DNA of 64,000 bases from an uncultured Acidimicrobiales bacterium (GTDB lineage Bacteria; Actinomycetota; Acidimicrobiia; Acidimicrobiales; DATKAS01). Below the pieces are notes generated by a model. It was not told the origin of the DNA. It was given only the letters and a program-made list of their open reading frames with translations, and did no database searches. Positions 56,142 to 64,000 of the stretch are shown here, piece by piece. Every line of letters begins with the position of its first letter. The first letter of the stretch is position 1. The DNA is taken from positions 188,073 through 252,072 of the forward strand of contig CAWDJB010000003.1 of assembly GCA_963802505.1 (NCBI GenBank), read 5' to 3'. Position numbers and translations under genes: made by a program.

Positions 56142-57565
56142 GTGAGTGGGAGATGGTGGTCGGGCTCGAGGTGCACGTCGAGCTGGCGACGCGCACGAAG
56201 CTCTTCTGCGGCTGCCCGAACCACTTCGGCGACCAGCCCAACACGAACATCTGCCCGGTGTGCCTCGGCCTGCCGGGTTCGCTGCCCGTGATCAACAAGC
56301 AGGCCGTCGAGCTGGCGATCACGCTCGGCCAGGCACTGCACTGCCGCGCCGAGCCGTCGATCTTCCACCGGAAGAACTACTTCTATCCCGACATGCCGAA
56401 GGACTACCAGGTCAGCCAGTACGACAGGCCGATCAACGTCGACGGCTACCTCGACCTGCCGTCAGGCACCCGCATCGGCATCGAGCGCGCCCACATGGAG
56501 GAAGACACCGGCAAGTCGACCCACCTCGGCACGTCGGGTCGCATCCACGGCGCCGACGCGTCGCTCGTCGACTACAACCGCGCCGGCGTGCCGCTCGTCG
56601 AGATCGTGAGCCGTCCCGACATCCGCAGCAGCGACGACGCGCGGGCGTACGTCACCGAGCTGCGCGCCATCCTCCTCGCGACCGCGGCGAGCGACGCCAA
56701 GATGGAGGAGGGGTCGATGCGCGTCGACGCGAACGTCTCGATCCGTCCCGCGGGCACCGAGACGCTCGGCACGCGCTGCGAGATCAAGAACCTGAACTCG
56801 ATCCGGTCGCTCGGTCGTGCCATCGAGTACGAGGCCAAGCGTCAGATCGACCTGCTCGAAGCCGGCGACCGTGTCCGCCAGGAGACTCGCCACTGGAACG
56901 AGGACGAGGGACGCACCCACACGTTGCGCTCGAAGGAGGAGGCGGACGACTACCGCTACTTCCCCGAGCCCGACCTCGTGCCGCTCGAGCCCGACGACGC
57001 GTGGATCAGCCGGGTCGCATCAGGCCTCCCGAGGCTTCCCGCTGATCGCCGCATCGACCTCGCGAGCACCGCGGGAGTCGCACCGACGATCGGTGCGGTT
57101 GCCGTCGCGGTGGAACGAGACCTCGACGCACTCGCGGCCGCCGCGATCGCAGCCGGTGGCGACCCGGCCCGCGTCCTCACTCACGTCGAGCACAACCTCG
57201 CCGTCGACGGCGCCGCGGCGCTCGCGCCCGCCGCACTCGCTCAGCTCACGCGCATGGAGGTCGACGGGGCGCTCACCGCGACGCAGGCCAAGGCCGTGCT
57301 CGCGGACATGGTCGAGAAGGGGACCGCTGATCCCGCAGAGGTCGCGAAGGCGATGGGCTTCGAGGCGATGGAGACGGGCGCGCTCGACTCGGTCGTCGAC
57401 GAGATCATCGCCGCGCATCCCGACGAGTGGCAGCGCTACCGCGAGGGCGACGAGAAGGCCCGCGGCAAGCTCACCGGCTTCTTCGTCGGGGAAGTCATGC
57501 GCGCGACGAAGGGGAAGGCCGACGGCAAGATCGTGACCGCCCGGCTCCGCGAGCTGGCTGGCTGA
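56138..57565 (+). CDS. gatB: Asp/Glu-tRNA amidotransferase subunit B
   Basis: [23 protein letters not shown] and [13 protein letters not shown] overlap with gatA. Confidence 0.97.
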   Translation: MSEWEMVVGLEVHVELATRTKLFCGCPNHFGDQPNTNICPVCLGLPGSLPVINKQAVELAITLGQALHCRAEPSIFHRKNYFYPDMPKDYQVSQYDRPINVDGYLDLPSGTRIGIERAHMEEDTGKSTHLGTSGRIHGADASLVDYNRAGVPLVEIVSRPDIRSSDDARAYVTELRAILLATAASDAKMEEGSMRVDANVSIRPAGTETLGTRCEIKNLNSIRSLGRAIEYEAKRQIDLLEAGDRVRQETRHWNEDEGRTHTLRSKEEADDYRYFPEPDLVPLEPDDAWISRVASGLPRLPADRRIDLASTAGVAPTIGAVAVAVERDLDALAAAAIAAGGDPARVLTHVEHNLAVDGAAALAPAALAQLTRMEVDGALTATQAKAVLADMVEKGTADPAEVAKAMGFEAMETGALDSVVDEIIAAHPDEWQRYREGDEKARGKLTGFFVGEVMRATKGKADGKIVTARLRELAG

Positions 57566-59914
57566 TCAGCCGTTCGACGCGGCGAGCAGCTTGATCGCTC
57601 CCGAGTCCGAGCGCCGCTTCGCCCACGCTGCCACGTAGGGATCATCGGTCAGGTAGATGATCTGACTTCCCTCGGACAGGCGCTCGACCATGTCGAGCAG
57701 ATCCCACTTGTGGCCGGCGGGCACGTTGAGGAACGGCTCGTCGAGGATCGCGGGCAGCGGTCCACCGTCGGGCGCAGCGTGGCGAGCGCGCCCGAGTCGG
57801 GCGAGCAGACGCTCTTGCAGATCGTTGGGGTCGACGACGATGGACTCGCTGAGTCCCGAGCCTTCCTCCAACGCAGTGACGCGCCGCGCAACCGCATTGT
57901 GGCGGTCGGCGAGCTGGTTCATGTCCGGCACCTTCGCGCGCGCCTGCGTGACGAGAACCGCGAGGCCTTCACGCTGGCGAAGCAAGTCGGGCACGTCGGG
58001 CTCGACGAGGTCGGCCGGGTCGATGCCGGACGTGTTGTCCGGCGGACGCATGGTCCGCTCCTCCTGCTCGAGCCGAGCGAGGTCGGCCTCGATCTCGTGC
58101 GCCGGACGGGTCTGCGCGCGCGCCTTCTCGCGACGCTCGGCGGCCACGACCTCGTCTTCAGCGGCAGCGAGGCGAGCACCGGTGTTCATGCTCTCGGCGA
58201 CGCCGATCGTGGTGCAGAGGTGATCCGCCTGCACTTCGAGGGCAGCGAGGGCTCGCTCCGCCTCTTCGAGATCCCACTGCAGCCGTCCGATGCGACCGGT
58301 GGCGATGCGCTGACGCACCTGCTCCATCGCCGCACCCGGATCGTCCGCGCCGTACGGCCGGCAGGCCTCGATGAGCTGACGGCGGGCGTACTCGGCTCGG
58401 CTCGTCGCGGCGGCGAGGTCGTTGCGCAGCCCCTCGATCTCGTTCGCGGCACCGCCCAACCGGCCGAGTGCCTGCGCGTACTTCGTGACCTCGTCTTCGA
58501 GCTCCTCGGCGCGCTCGGGGCTGATGCCGCCCGCGAGCTCGTGCCAGCGGATCGACGCCGACCTGTGCGCGGCGACCGCGTCTTCGAGCCGCTGCTTCGC
58601 TTCGGGATCGAGCACCGCGTCGAGGCGCCGCAGCTGGAACTCGAGATAGCTCGTCGCGTCGACCTTCGCCAAGGCCTCCGCGGCGGCCTGCTCGGCAATG
58701 CGGACCCGACGGTTCGGGAGCAGAAATGCGACCGCGAGGCCGGCGAGCGTCAGGATCAGCGCCACCGCTGCGAACAGCGGGAAGGCACCCGCACTGGCGA
58801 TCGTCGCGATGCCCGCGATGCCGGCGATGGCGATGCCGGCGAGGAAGAGGCGGCGGCTGCGGCGTCCGGCTTGCTCGACCCGGATCTGCGACGCGTCGAT
58901 CTGCTGCACGATCGACTCGACCTCGGTCGAGCTGCCCATGCCGCCGAGCGAGAGCTGCTCGGCGTCGAGGCGGATGCGGGCGTCGCGCACGGCGCGGTGC
59001 GTGTGCCAGAGCGTCCGCTGTTCCGCGCGGGCGAGATCGACGACAGCGGGAGTGCTGGGCTCGGGGAGCTTCGACGCCGAAGCCTCGAACAGCCGAGCCG
59101 ACAGCTCGTCGCGCTCCTGCTCGGCCTCGTCCACCTGCTGCACGAGGCGATTCAGGTCGCCGGGCGCTTCCTCGGGAACGGAGCGCGCCCAGCGAACAGT
59201 CTCGGCGTCGAGCCTCGGGCGGTTGCCGAACGCGGCGAATCGCTCGTCGTGGATCTGGCGCACCTCGAGCCACATGTTCGCGACCTTGTGGAGCTCGGGC
59301 GCGTTGCGGAGGATCCGTCGATCGGTCTCCTCGCCGACGCCGCTGCCACGAAGCACCTCGGCCTCTGCGCGCACCTCCTCGAGCCGGGCCGCGACGCGCG
59401 CCCAGCGGCGACGGGCTGCGCCCTGCTCCGCGGAACGAAGGCGACCATCCACCTCGGCGAGCTCGGTCTCCGCGGCCTCGGCCTTCTTCTCGGCCAGGCG
59501 GGCGATCGTCAGCTCCTCCTCGAGCGTTGCGAGGAGCCCGCGCGCTTCAGTGAGCTCGGGCGTCTCGTCGCCGGGGTTCACCCTCGGGGCGAGGCCGAGG
59601 TCGCCGGGACGGATCATCGCGGGTCGACGCAGCTGGTTCACGTCCGGCGGAGGCAGCGCCAAGCTCGACGCGCTCGAGTCGTCGACTCGGACGTGCGGTC
59701 CACCTTGGTCGTGGGTGATGACGACGCGGCGACCGAGGACATCGAAGTACGTGAGCTCGGCGCCGGGGACAGCCCCGACGGCGGCGCGCTGCAGCGTCTC
59801 GGTCAGGCCCTCCCGCTCGGCGGGGTCGAACCCGCTGAGCACGGTCATCCGGTCGTGGAAGCCGATACGGAGCACCTGCCCGCTGCTCGCAACTATCAGT
59901 TCGTCAACGCGCAC
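57566..59914 (-). CDS. Membrane-anchored coiled-coil protein with split, degenerate SMC/Rad50/YhaN-like ATPase halves
   Basis: Long heptad-rich helices, central TM hairpin (LFLAGIAIAG...AVAFLLP) and C-terminal PAILDEPF and QIIYLTDD. No intact GxxGxGKS. Confidence 0.75.
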   Translation of the reverse strand: MRVDELIVASSGQVLRIGFHDRMTVLSGFDPAEREGLTETLQRAAVGAVPGAELTYFDVLGRRVVITHDQGGPHVRVDDSSASSLALPPPDVNQLRRPAMIRPGDLGLAPRVNPGDETPELTEARGLLATLEEELTIARLAEKKAEAAETELAEVDGRLRSAEQGAARRRWARVAARLEEVRAEAEVLRGSGVGEETDRRILRNAPELHKVANMWLEVRQIHDERFAAFGNRPRLDAETVRWARSVPEEAPGDLNRLVQQVDEAEQERDELSARLFEASASKLPEPSTPAVVDLARAEQRTLWHTHRAVRDARIRLDAEQLSLGGMGSSTEVESIVQQIDASQIRVEQAGRRSRRLFLAGIAIAGIAGIATIASAGAFPLFAAVALILTLAGLAVAFLLPNRRVRIAEQAAAEALAKVDATSYLEFQLRRLDAVLDPEAKQRLEDAVAAHRSASIRWHELAGGISPERAEELEDEVTKYAQALGRLGGAANEIEGLRNDLAAATSRAEYARRQLIEACRPYGADDPGAAMEQVRQRIATGRIGRLQWDLEEAERALAALEVQADHLCTTIGVAESMNTGARLAAAEDEVVAAERREKARAQTRPAHEIEADLARLEQEERTMRPPDNTSGIDPADLVEPDVPDLLRQREGLAVLVTQARAKVPDMNQLADRHNAVARRVTALEEGSGLSESIVVDPNDLQERLLARLGRARHAAPDGGPLPAILDEPFLNVPAGHKWDLLDMVERLSEGSQIIYLTDDPYVAAWAKRRSDSGAIKLLAASNG

Positions 59915-59943
59915 GGCTCACCTTTGAAGTCGCTCTCCTAGGG

Positions 59944-59972
59944 TCATCGGCACGCAAAACCGCCTTCTGTAG
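59944..59972 (-). promoter_or_regulatory. Sigma28 (FliA/WhiG)-like promoter
   Basis: Minus strand reads CTACAG-N15-GCCGATGA, ending about 30 nt upstream of the GTG at 59914. Confidence 0.5.
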
Positions 59973-59992
59973 CGGTCCTTGAGCCAGTAGCC

Positions 59993-60006
59993 TGACCAGC
60001 CGGTCA
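59993..60006. promoter_or_regulatory. TGACC-N4-GGTCA palindrome next to a TAGCCT -10 box of the ABC exporter
   Basis: TAGCC-TGACCAGCCGGTCA, with the same CC and A flanks as the copy at 43011. Confidence 0.55.
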
Positions 60007-60014
60007 AGTGCGGG

Positions 60015-61859
60015 TTGACGAGCCAGGAAGCCGTGGAAAGACGATCTCAGAAGGACGCCGAGGCCAGCCGGGCGGGATGGCGTCTCATGCGCTCCCAGCT
60101 GGGGCAGCAGTGGAGGGGCCTCACCGCCGGGGTGATCGCAGGCCTGGCCTGGACCGCTGCGAAGGTTGCCGTCCCCGCCCTGGTCGCCGTCGCGATCGAC
60201 CGAGGCATCGGTGACGACAGCAACACCGCGCTGCTCCGTTGGTCGCTGGCGATCCTCGTAGCCGGCGTGGTCGCGGGGGTCTGCAGCGGCCTGCGACGGT
60301 GGTATGCCTTCCGCGAGGCCCGTTGGTCCGAGGCGGTGCTGCGTGACCGCATCTTCGCCCACCTCCAGCGCCTGCACTTCGCGTTCCACGACGATGTGCA
60401 GACCGGCCAGCTCATGAGCAGGGCGAACACAGACCTGCAGCAGGTGCAGGCCTTCGTCGTGATGATCCCGATCACGATCTCGAACGCGGCGACCGTCCTC
60501 GCGGCCGCCGTGATCATGTTCAGCATCAACCCGCTGCTCGCGCTGCTCGCGCTCGGGCCATTGCCCTTCGTCAACGTGCTGGCCCGCCGGTTCTCGAACA
60601 ACCTCTTCCCCTCGGTGATGGCGATCCAGGTCGAGTCGGCCGAGCTGGCGACCGTGGTCGAGGAGACCGTGTCCGGCGTCCGGGTCGTGAAGGGCTTCGG
60701 GTCAGAGCGCGTGCAGGCGGCGAAGCTGCGGGCCGAGGCCGACGACGTGTACGAGCGCTCGATCGACGCGACCAAGGTGCGGGCCCGGTACATGCCGGCG
60801 ATGGACCTCCTCCCGAACCTGGGCCTGCTCGCCGTCCTCGGCTACGGCGGCCACCTCGTGCTCGACGGGCGGCTGACGATTGGCGAGCTCGTCGCGTTCA
60901 ACACCTACGTCGCACTCCTCATCTGGCCGCTGCGGATGCTCGGGCAGATCGTCGCTCAGGGACAGCGCGCGGCGGCCGCCTCCGGCCGAGTCGCCGAGGT
61001 CCTCGCGACCGACCCCCAGATCGTCGACCATCCCCAGCCGCGCAAGCTGCCGGCCGCGAGCACGAACGGCCACGGTCTCGGCGAGGTGCGGTTCGACGCC
61101 GTGACCTTCTCCTACAGCAACAACGGCCCGCGCATCCTCGACAAGCTCGATCTCGTCGTGGCGCCAGGCGCGTCGGTCGCCCTCGTCGGCGCGACCGGAT
61201 GCGGCAAGACCACCGTCGCCCGACTCATCCCCCGCTTCTACGACGTCACCGAGGGCGCGGTGCGCATCGACGGTGTCGACGTGCGGGACATGCGGGTGCA
61301 GGAGCTCCGTCGGTCGGTCGGCATCGTGTTCGAGGACACGTTCCTCTTCAACGACACCGTCAGAGCGAACATCGCGTTCGCCGACCCAGACGTCTCCGAC
61401 GAACGGGTGCTCCGCGCGGCGCGGCTCGCCGGCGCACACGAGTTCGTGATGGAGCTCCCCGAGGGCTACGAGTCGATCATCGGTGAGCGAGGCTTCTCGC
61501 TCTCGGGCGGCCAGCGGCAGCGCATCGCCATCGCGCGCGCGATCCTCGCCGACCCGCGGGTGCTGATCCTCGACGACGCCACGAGCGCGGTCGACCCGAC
61601 GAAGGAGCACGAGATCCGCGACGCGCTCGCGGAGGTGATGCGCGGCCGCACCACGATCGTGATCGCGCACCGTCCCGCGACCGTCGCCCTCGCGGACCGC
61701 GTGGTGCTCCTCGAGGACGGCCGCGTCATCGCGGAGGGGACGCACGACTCGCTGCTCGGCGAGAGCGAGCGCTACAGGACCGTGCTGGCCGCAGGCGAAC
61801 ACGAGCGCTGGGCGGCGACTGCCGCGGCTGACGCGGCCGCCAACGCGGCGGGGGGCTGA
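60015..61859 (+). CDS. ABC exporter, fused TMD-NBD, heterodimer subunit with degenerate Walker B
   Basis: [16 protein letters not shown] and LILDDATS (Asp replaces the catalytic Glu). Start uncertain. Confidence 0.92.
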   Translation: MTSQEAVERRSQKDAEASRAGWRLMRSQLGQQWRGLTAGVIAGLAWTAAKVAVPALVAVAIDRGIGDDSNTALLRWSLAILVAGVVAGVCSGLRRWYAFREARWSEAVLRDRIFAHLQRLHFAFHDDVQTGQLMSRANTDLQQVQAFVVMIPITISNAATVLAAAVIMFSINPLLALLALGPLPFVNVLARRFSNNLFPSVMAIQVESAELATVVEETVSGVRVVKGFGSERVQAAKLRAEADDVYERSIDATKVRARYMPAMDLLPNLGLLAVLGYGGHLVLDGRLTIGELVAFNTYVALLIWPLRMLGQIVAQGQRAAAASGRVAEVLATDPQIVDHPQPRKLPAASTNGHGLGEVRFDAVTFSYSNNGPRILDKLDLVVAPGASVALVGATGCGKTTVARLIPRFYDVTEGAVRIDGVDVRDMRVQELRRSVGIVFEDTFLFNDTVRANIAFADPDVSDERVLRAARLAGAHEFVMELPEGYESIIGERGFSLSGGQRQRIAIARAILADPRVLILDDATSAVDPTKEHEIRDALAEVMRGRTTIVIAHRPATVALADRVVLLEDGRVIAEGTHDSLLGESERYRTVLAAGEHERWAATAAADAAANAAGG

Positions 61860-61862
61860 GCC

Positions 61863-63653
61863 ATGTGGGGCAGCGGCGCTGTCACCGAAGAGGACCGGCT
61901 CGATCGGGAAGAGGCGCGGCGCCTCTTGACGCGGGTCATGTACATGCTGCGGCCGTATCGCAAGCTGGTGATCCGCACCGGGATCCTCGTCGTGGTGTGG
62001 ACCATGACGGTGGTAGCGGGCCCCCTGATCGTTCGGTTCGCCATCGACCACGGCCTCGCGAAGGGGAACTCGGCCGCGCTGAACAAGTCGATCGTCGCCT
62101 ATCTGCTCGTCGCGGTGGTCGCCTACCTCGTGGCTCGCTTGCAGATCATGGGCGTGGGGCGAATCGGCGAGGGGTTCCTCCGTGACCTGAGGGTGCGGGT
62201 CTTCAACCACATGCAGTCGCTCTCGCTCGGCTTCTTCGAGCGCGAGAAGGCCGGCGTCCTCATCTCGCGCATGACGTCAGACATCGACTCGATGGCCGAG
62301 CTCGTGCAGTTCGGCTTGCTCCAATTCATCTCGAACGGCTTGCTGCTCGTCTTCTCGCTGTCGCTGCTGATCCTGATGTCGTGGAAGCTCACGATCGTGT
62401 GCCTGATCTCAGTCCCGATCGTGGCGATCGCGTCGGTCAAGTTCCAACGTGACTCGAACCGTGCATACCTCACGATCCGCGACCGCATCGGCCAGAACCT
62501 GTCCTCGCTGCAGGAGGGCATCACCGGTGTCCGCGTCATCCAGGCGTTCGCCCGCGAGCAGGCGGTGGGTGAACGGTTCAACGAGAGCAACCGTTCGCTC
62601 TACGACGCGCACATGGAGTCGGTGCGCATCTCGGTGTGGTACCTCCCCATCGTCGAGTTCGCCGGAATCGCGACGACGGCTGCGGTCGTGGGCATCGGCG
62701 GTTGGATGGTCCATCAGGGCGAGGTGTCGCTCGGCACCGTGGTCGCGTTCGTGCTGTTGCTGACCAACCTGTTCGAGCCCGTCCAGCAGCTCAGCCAGCT
62801 GTTCAACACCGTGCAAGCGGCGGCGGCGGGCCTCAACAAGCTGTTCGGCCTCCTCGACACCAAGACTGACCTGCCCGAGCGCAAGGGTGCGGTCGACCTG
62901 CCCGAGCACGGCGAGGTCCACGTCGACAGCGTGTGGTTCTCCTACTCGGGCACGGGTGAGGACGAGTGGGTGCTGCGCGACGTCGACCTCACGATCGCCC
63001 CGGGCGAACGCTTGGCGCTCGTCGGGCCGACCGGCGCCGGCAAGTCGACGCTCGCGAAGCTGGTCGCCCGCTTCTACGACCCGCAGCAGGGCTCGATCAC
63101 GTTCGGCGGGGTGGATCTGCGCGATGCGACCGCACGCTCGCTGCGTGACCGCATCGTCGTCGTCCCGCAGGAGGGTTTTCTGTTCAACGGCTCGATCCGC
63201 GACAACGTGCGCATCGCTCGTGCCGACGCGACCGACGCCGAGGTCGATGCCGCTCTCGCCGTCGTAGGCGCGGACGAGCGCTTCGCACTCCTCCCAGACG
63301 GCTACGCAACCGAGGTGCGCGAGCGCGGCACCCGCCTGTCCGCCGGTGAGCGACAGCTCGTGTCGTTGGCGCGGGCCGCGCTCGCCGATCCGGCTGTCCT
63401 CGTGCTCGATGAGGCGACGTCGAGCCTCGACCCGGGCACCGAGGCGATGGTCGAGCGGGCCATGGATCGCCTGATGGCCGGCCGCACCGTCATCGTGATC
63501 GCTCACCGCTTGTCGACCGCCGAGCGGGCCGATCGTGTCGGCGTCGTCGATCACCACGACCTTGTCGAGCTCGGATCGCACGCCGAGCTGCTCGCTCAGG
63601 GTGGTCGGTACGCGGCCCTCTACGGCAGCTGGGCTGGTTCGGCGCCCCGATAG
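61863..63653 (+). CDS. ABC exporter, fused TMD-NBD, consensus-site heterodimer subunit
   Basis: GPTGAGKS, LSAGERQ, LDEATS and IAHRLST. Confidence 0.93.
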   Translation: MWGSGAVTEEDRLDREEARRLLTRVMYMLRPYRKLVIRTGILVVVWTMTVVAGPLIVRFAIDHGLAKGNSAALNKSIVAYLLVAVVAYLVARLQIMGVGRIGEGFLRDLRVRVFNHMQSLSLGFFEREKAGVLISRMTSDIDSMAELVQFGLLQFISNGLLLVFSLSLLILMSWKLTIVCLISVPIVAIASVKFQRDSNRAYLTIRDRIGQNLSSLQEGITGVRVIQAFAREQAVGERFNESNRSLYDAHMESVRISVWYLPIVEFAGIATTAAVVGIGGWMVHQGEVSLGTVVAFVLLLTNLFEPVQQLSQLFNTVQAAAAGLNKLFGLLDTKTDLPERKGAVDLPEHGEVHVDSVWFSYSGTGEDEWVLRDVDLTIAPGERLALVGPTGAGKSTLAKLVARFYDPQQGSITFGGVDLRDATARSLRDRIVVVPQEGFLFNGSIRDNVRIARADATDAEVDAALAVVGADERFALLPDGYATEVRERGTRLSAGERQLVSLARAALADPAVLVLDEATSSLDPGTEAMVERAMDRLMAGRTVIVIAHRLSTAERADRVGVVDHHDLVELGSHAELLAQGGRYAALYGSWAGSAPR

Positions 63654-63662
63654 CCTGCGTCC

Positions 63663-63899
63663 GTGCGGGTGTGGATCGACCAGGACCTCTGTACGGGCGA
63701 CGGCCTGTGCCTCGACCATTGCCCCGACGTCTTCGTGCAGCTCGAAGACGGCATCGCCTACGTCCGCCAGGGTGAGTGGGTCGGCAACGATCCCGGTGGC
63801 GGCGGCAGCCTCGCCCAGGTCTCGACCCGCAACGAGCGCTCGGTCGTGAACGCCGCGCTCGACTGCCCCGGCGAGTGCATCTTCATCGAGCTCGACTGA
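63663..63899 (+). CDS. Single-cluster ferredoxin (CxxDxxC...CP)
   Basis: WIDQDLCTGDGLCLDHCPDVF...DCPGECI. TAGCCT 6 nt before the GTG. Confidence 0.9.
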   Translation: MRVWIDQDLCTGDGLCLDHCPDVFVQLEDGIAYVRQGEWVGNDPGGGGSLAQVSTRNERSVVNAALDCPGECIFIELD

Positions 63900-63907
63900 C
63901 CGACCGT

Positions 63908-63947
63908 TTGCTCACTCGACCGTCGTATGCGCGCGTCCAGTGAGCAA
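63908..63947. terminator. Hairpin downstream of the ferredoxin (terminator or REP-like)
   Basis: TTGCTCACT-CGAC...GTCC-AGTGAGCAA. Confidence 0.5.
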
Positions 63948-64000
63948 GCTCACCTCGGCCCGGTTCGTCTTCTTGGTGATCTCGGCCGGCGGCGCGTTCC

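Noticed and set aside
63910-64000. 3' end of a minus-strand gene entering from beyond the window
   Set aside because: Too little sequence to fix the frame or product.

Overview
A high-GC (roughly 70% by eye) actinobacterial chromosomal window. Gene content and style suggest Acidimicrobiia (inference). It is mostly core and metabolic genes: glyA, a wecA/tagO-like gene, the full atpZ-I-B-E-F-H-A-G-D-C operon, glpX, murA, nfuA-like, meaB, a glycogen cluster (glgP, GT4, glgB, GH57/DUF3536), a PASTA Ser/Thr kinase, lipid-metabolism genes, a sugar ABC importer with a GH94 phosphorylase, gatCAB and a heterodimeric ABC exporter. I found no rRNA, tRNA, CRISPR array, transposase or integrase. Three single-base frameshifts (atpB, atpH, GH57) most likely reflect sequencing or assembly errors. 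The most interesting signals are: (1) a membrane-anchored SMC/YhaN-like coiled-coil pseudo-ATPase behind a sigma28-like promoter; (2) a tightly coupled S9 peptidase / Zn-ribbon repeat protein / J-domain protein / alpha-beta hydrolase cluster of unknown function; (3) a CCTGACC-N4-GGTCAA palindrome shared by two divergent promoters 17 kb apart (candidate TetR regulon); (4) an ATP synthase b subunit with a signal peptide and a Cys-pair extracytoplasmic domain, in an operon with a Rex-like operator; (5) widespread leaderless-type promoters, including a palindrome made of two back-to-back -10 boxes. All functional calls come from motif recognition by eye, not database searches.
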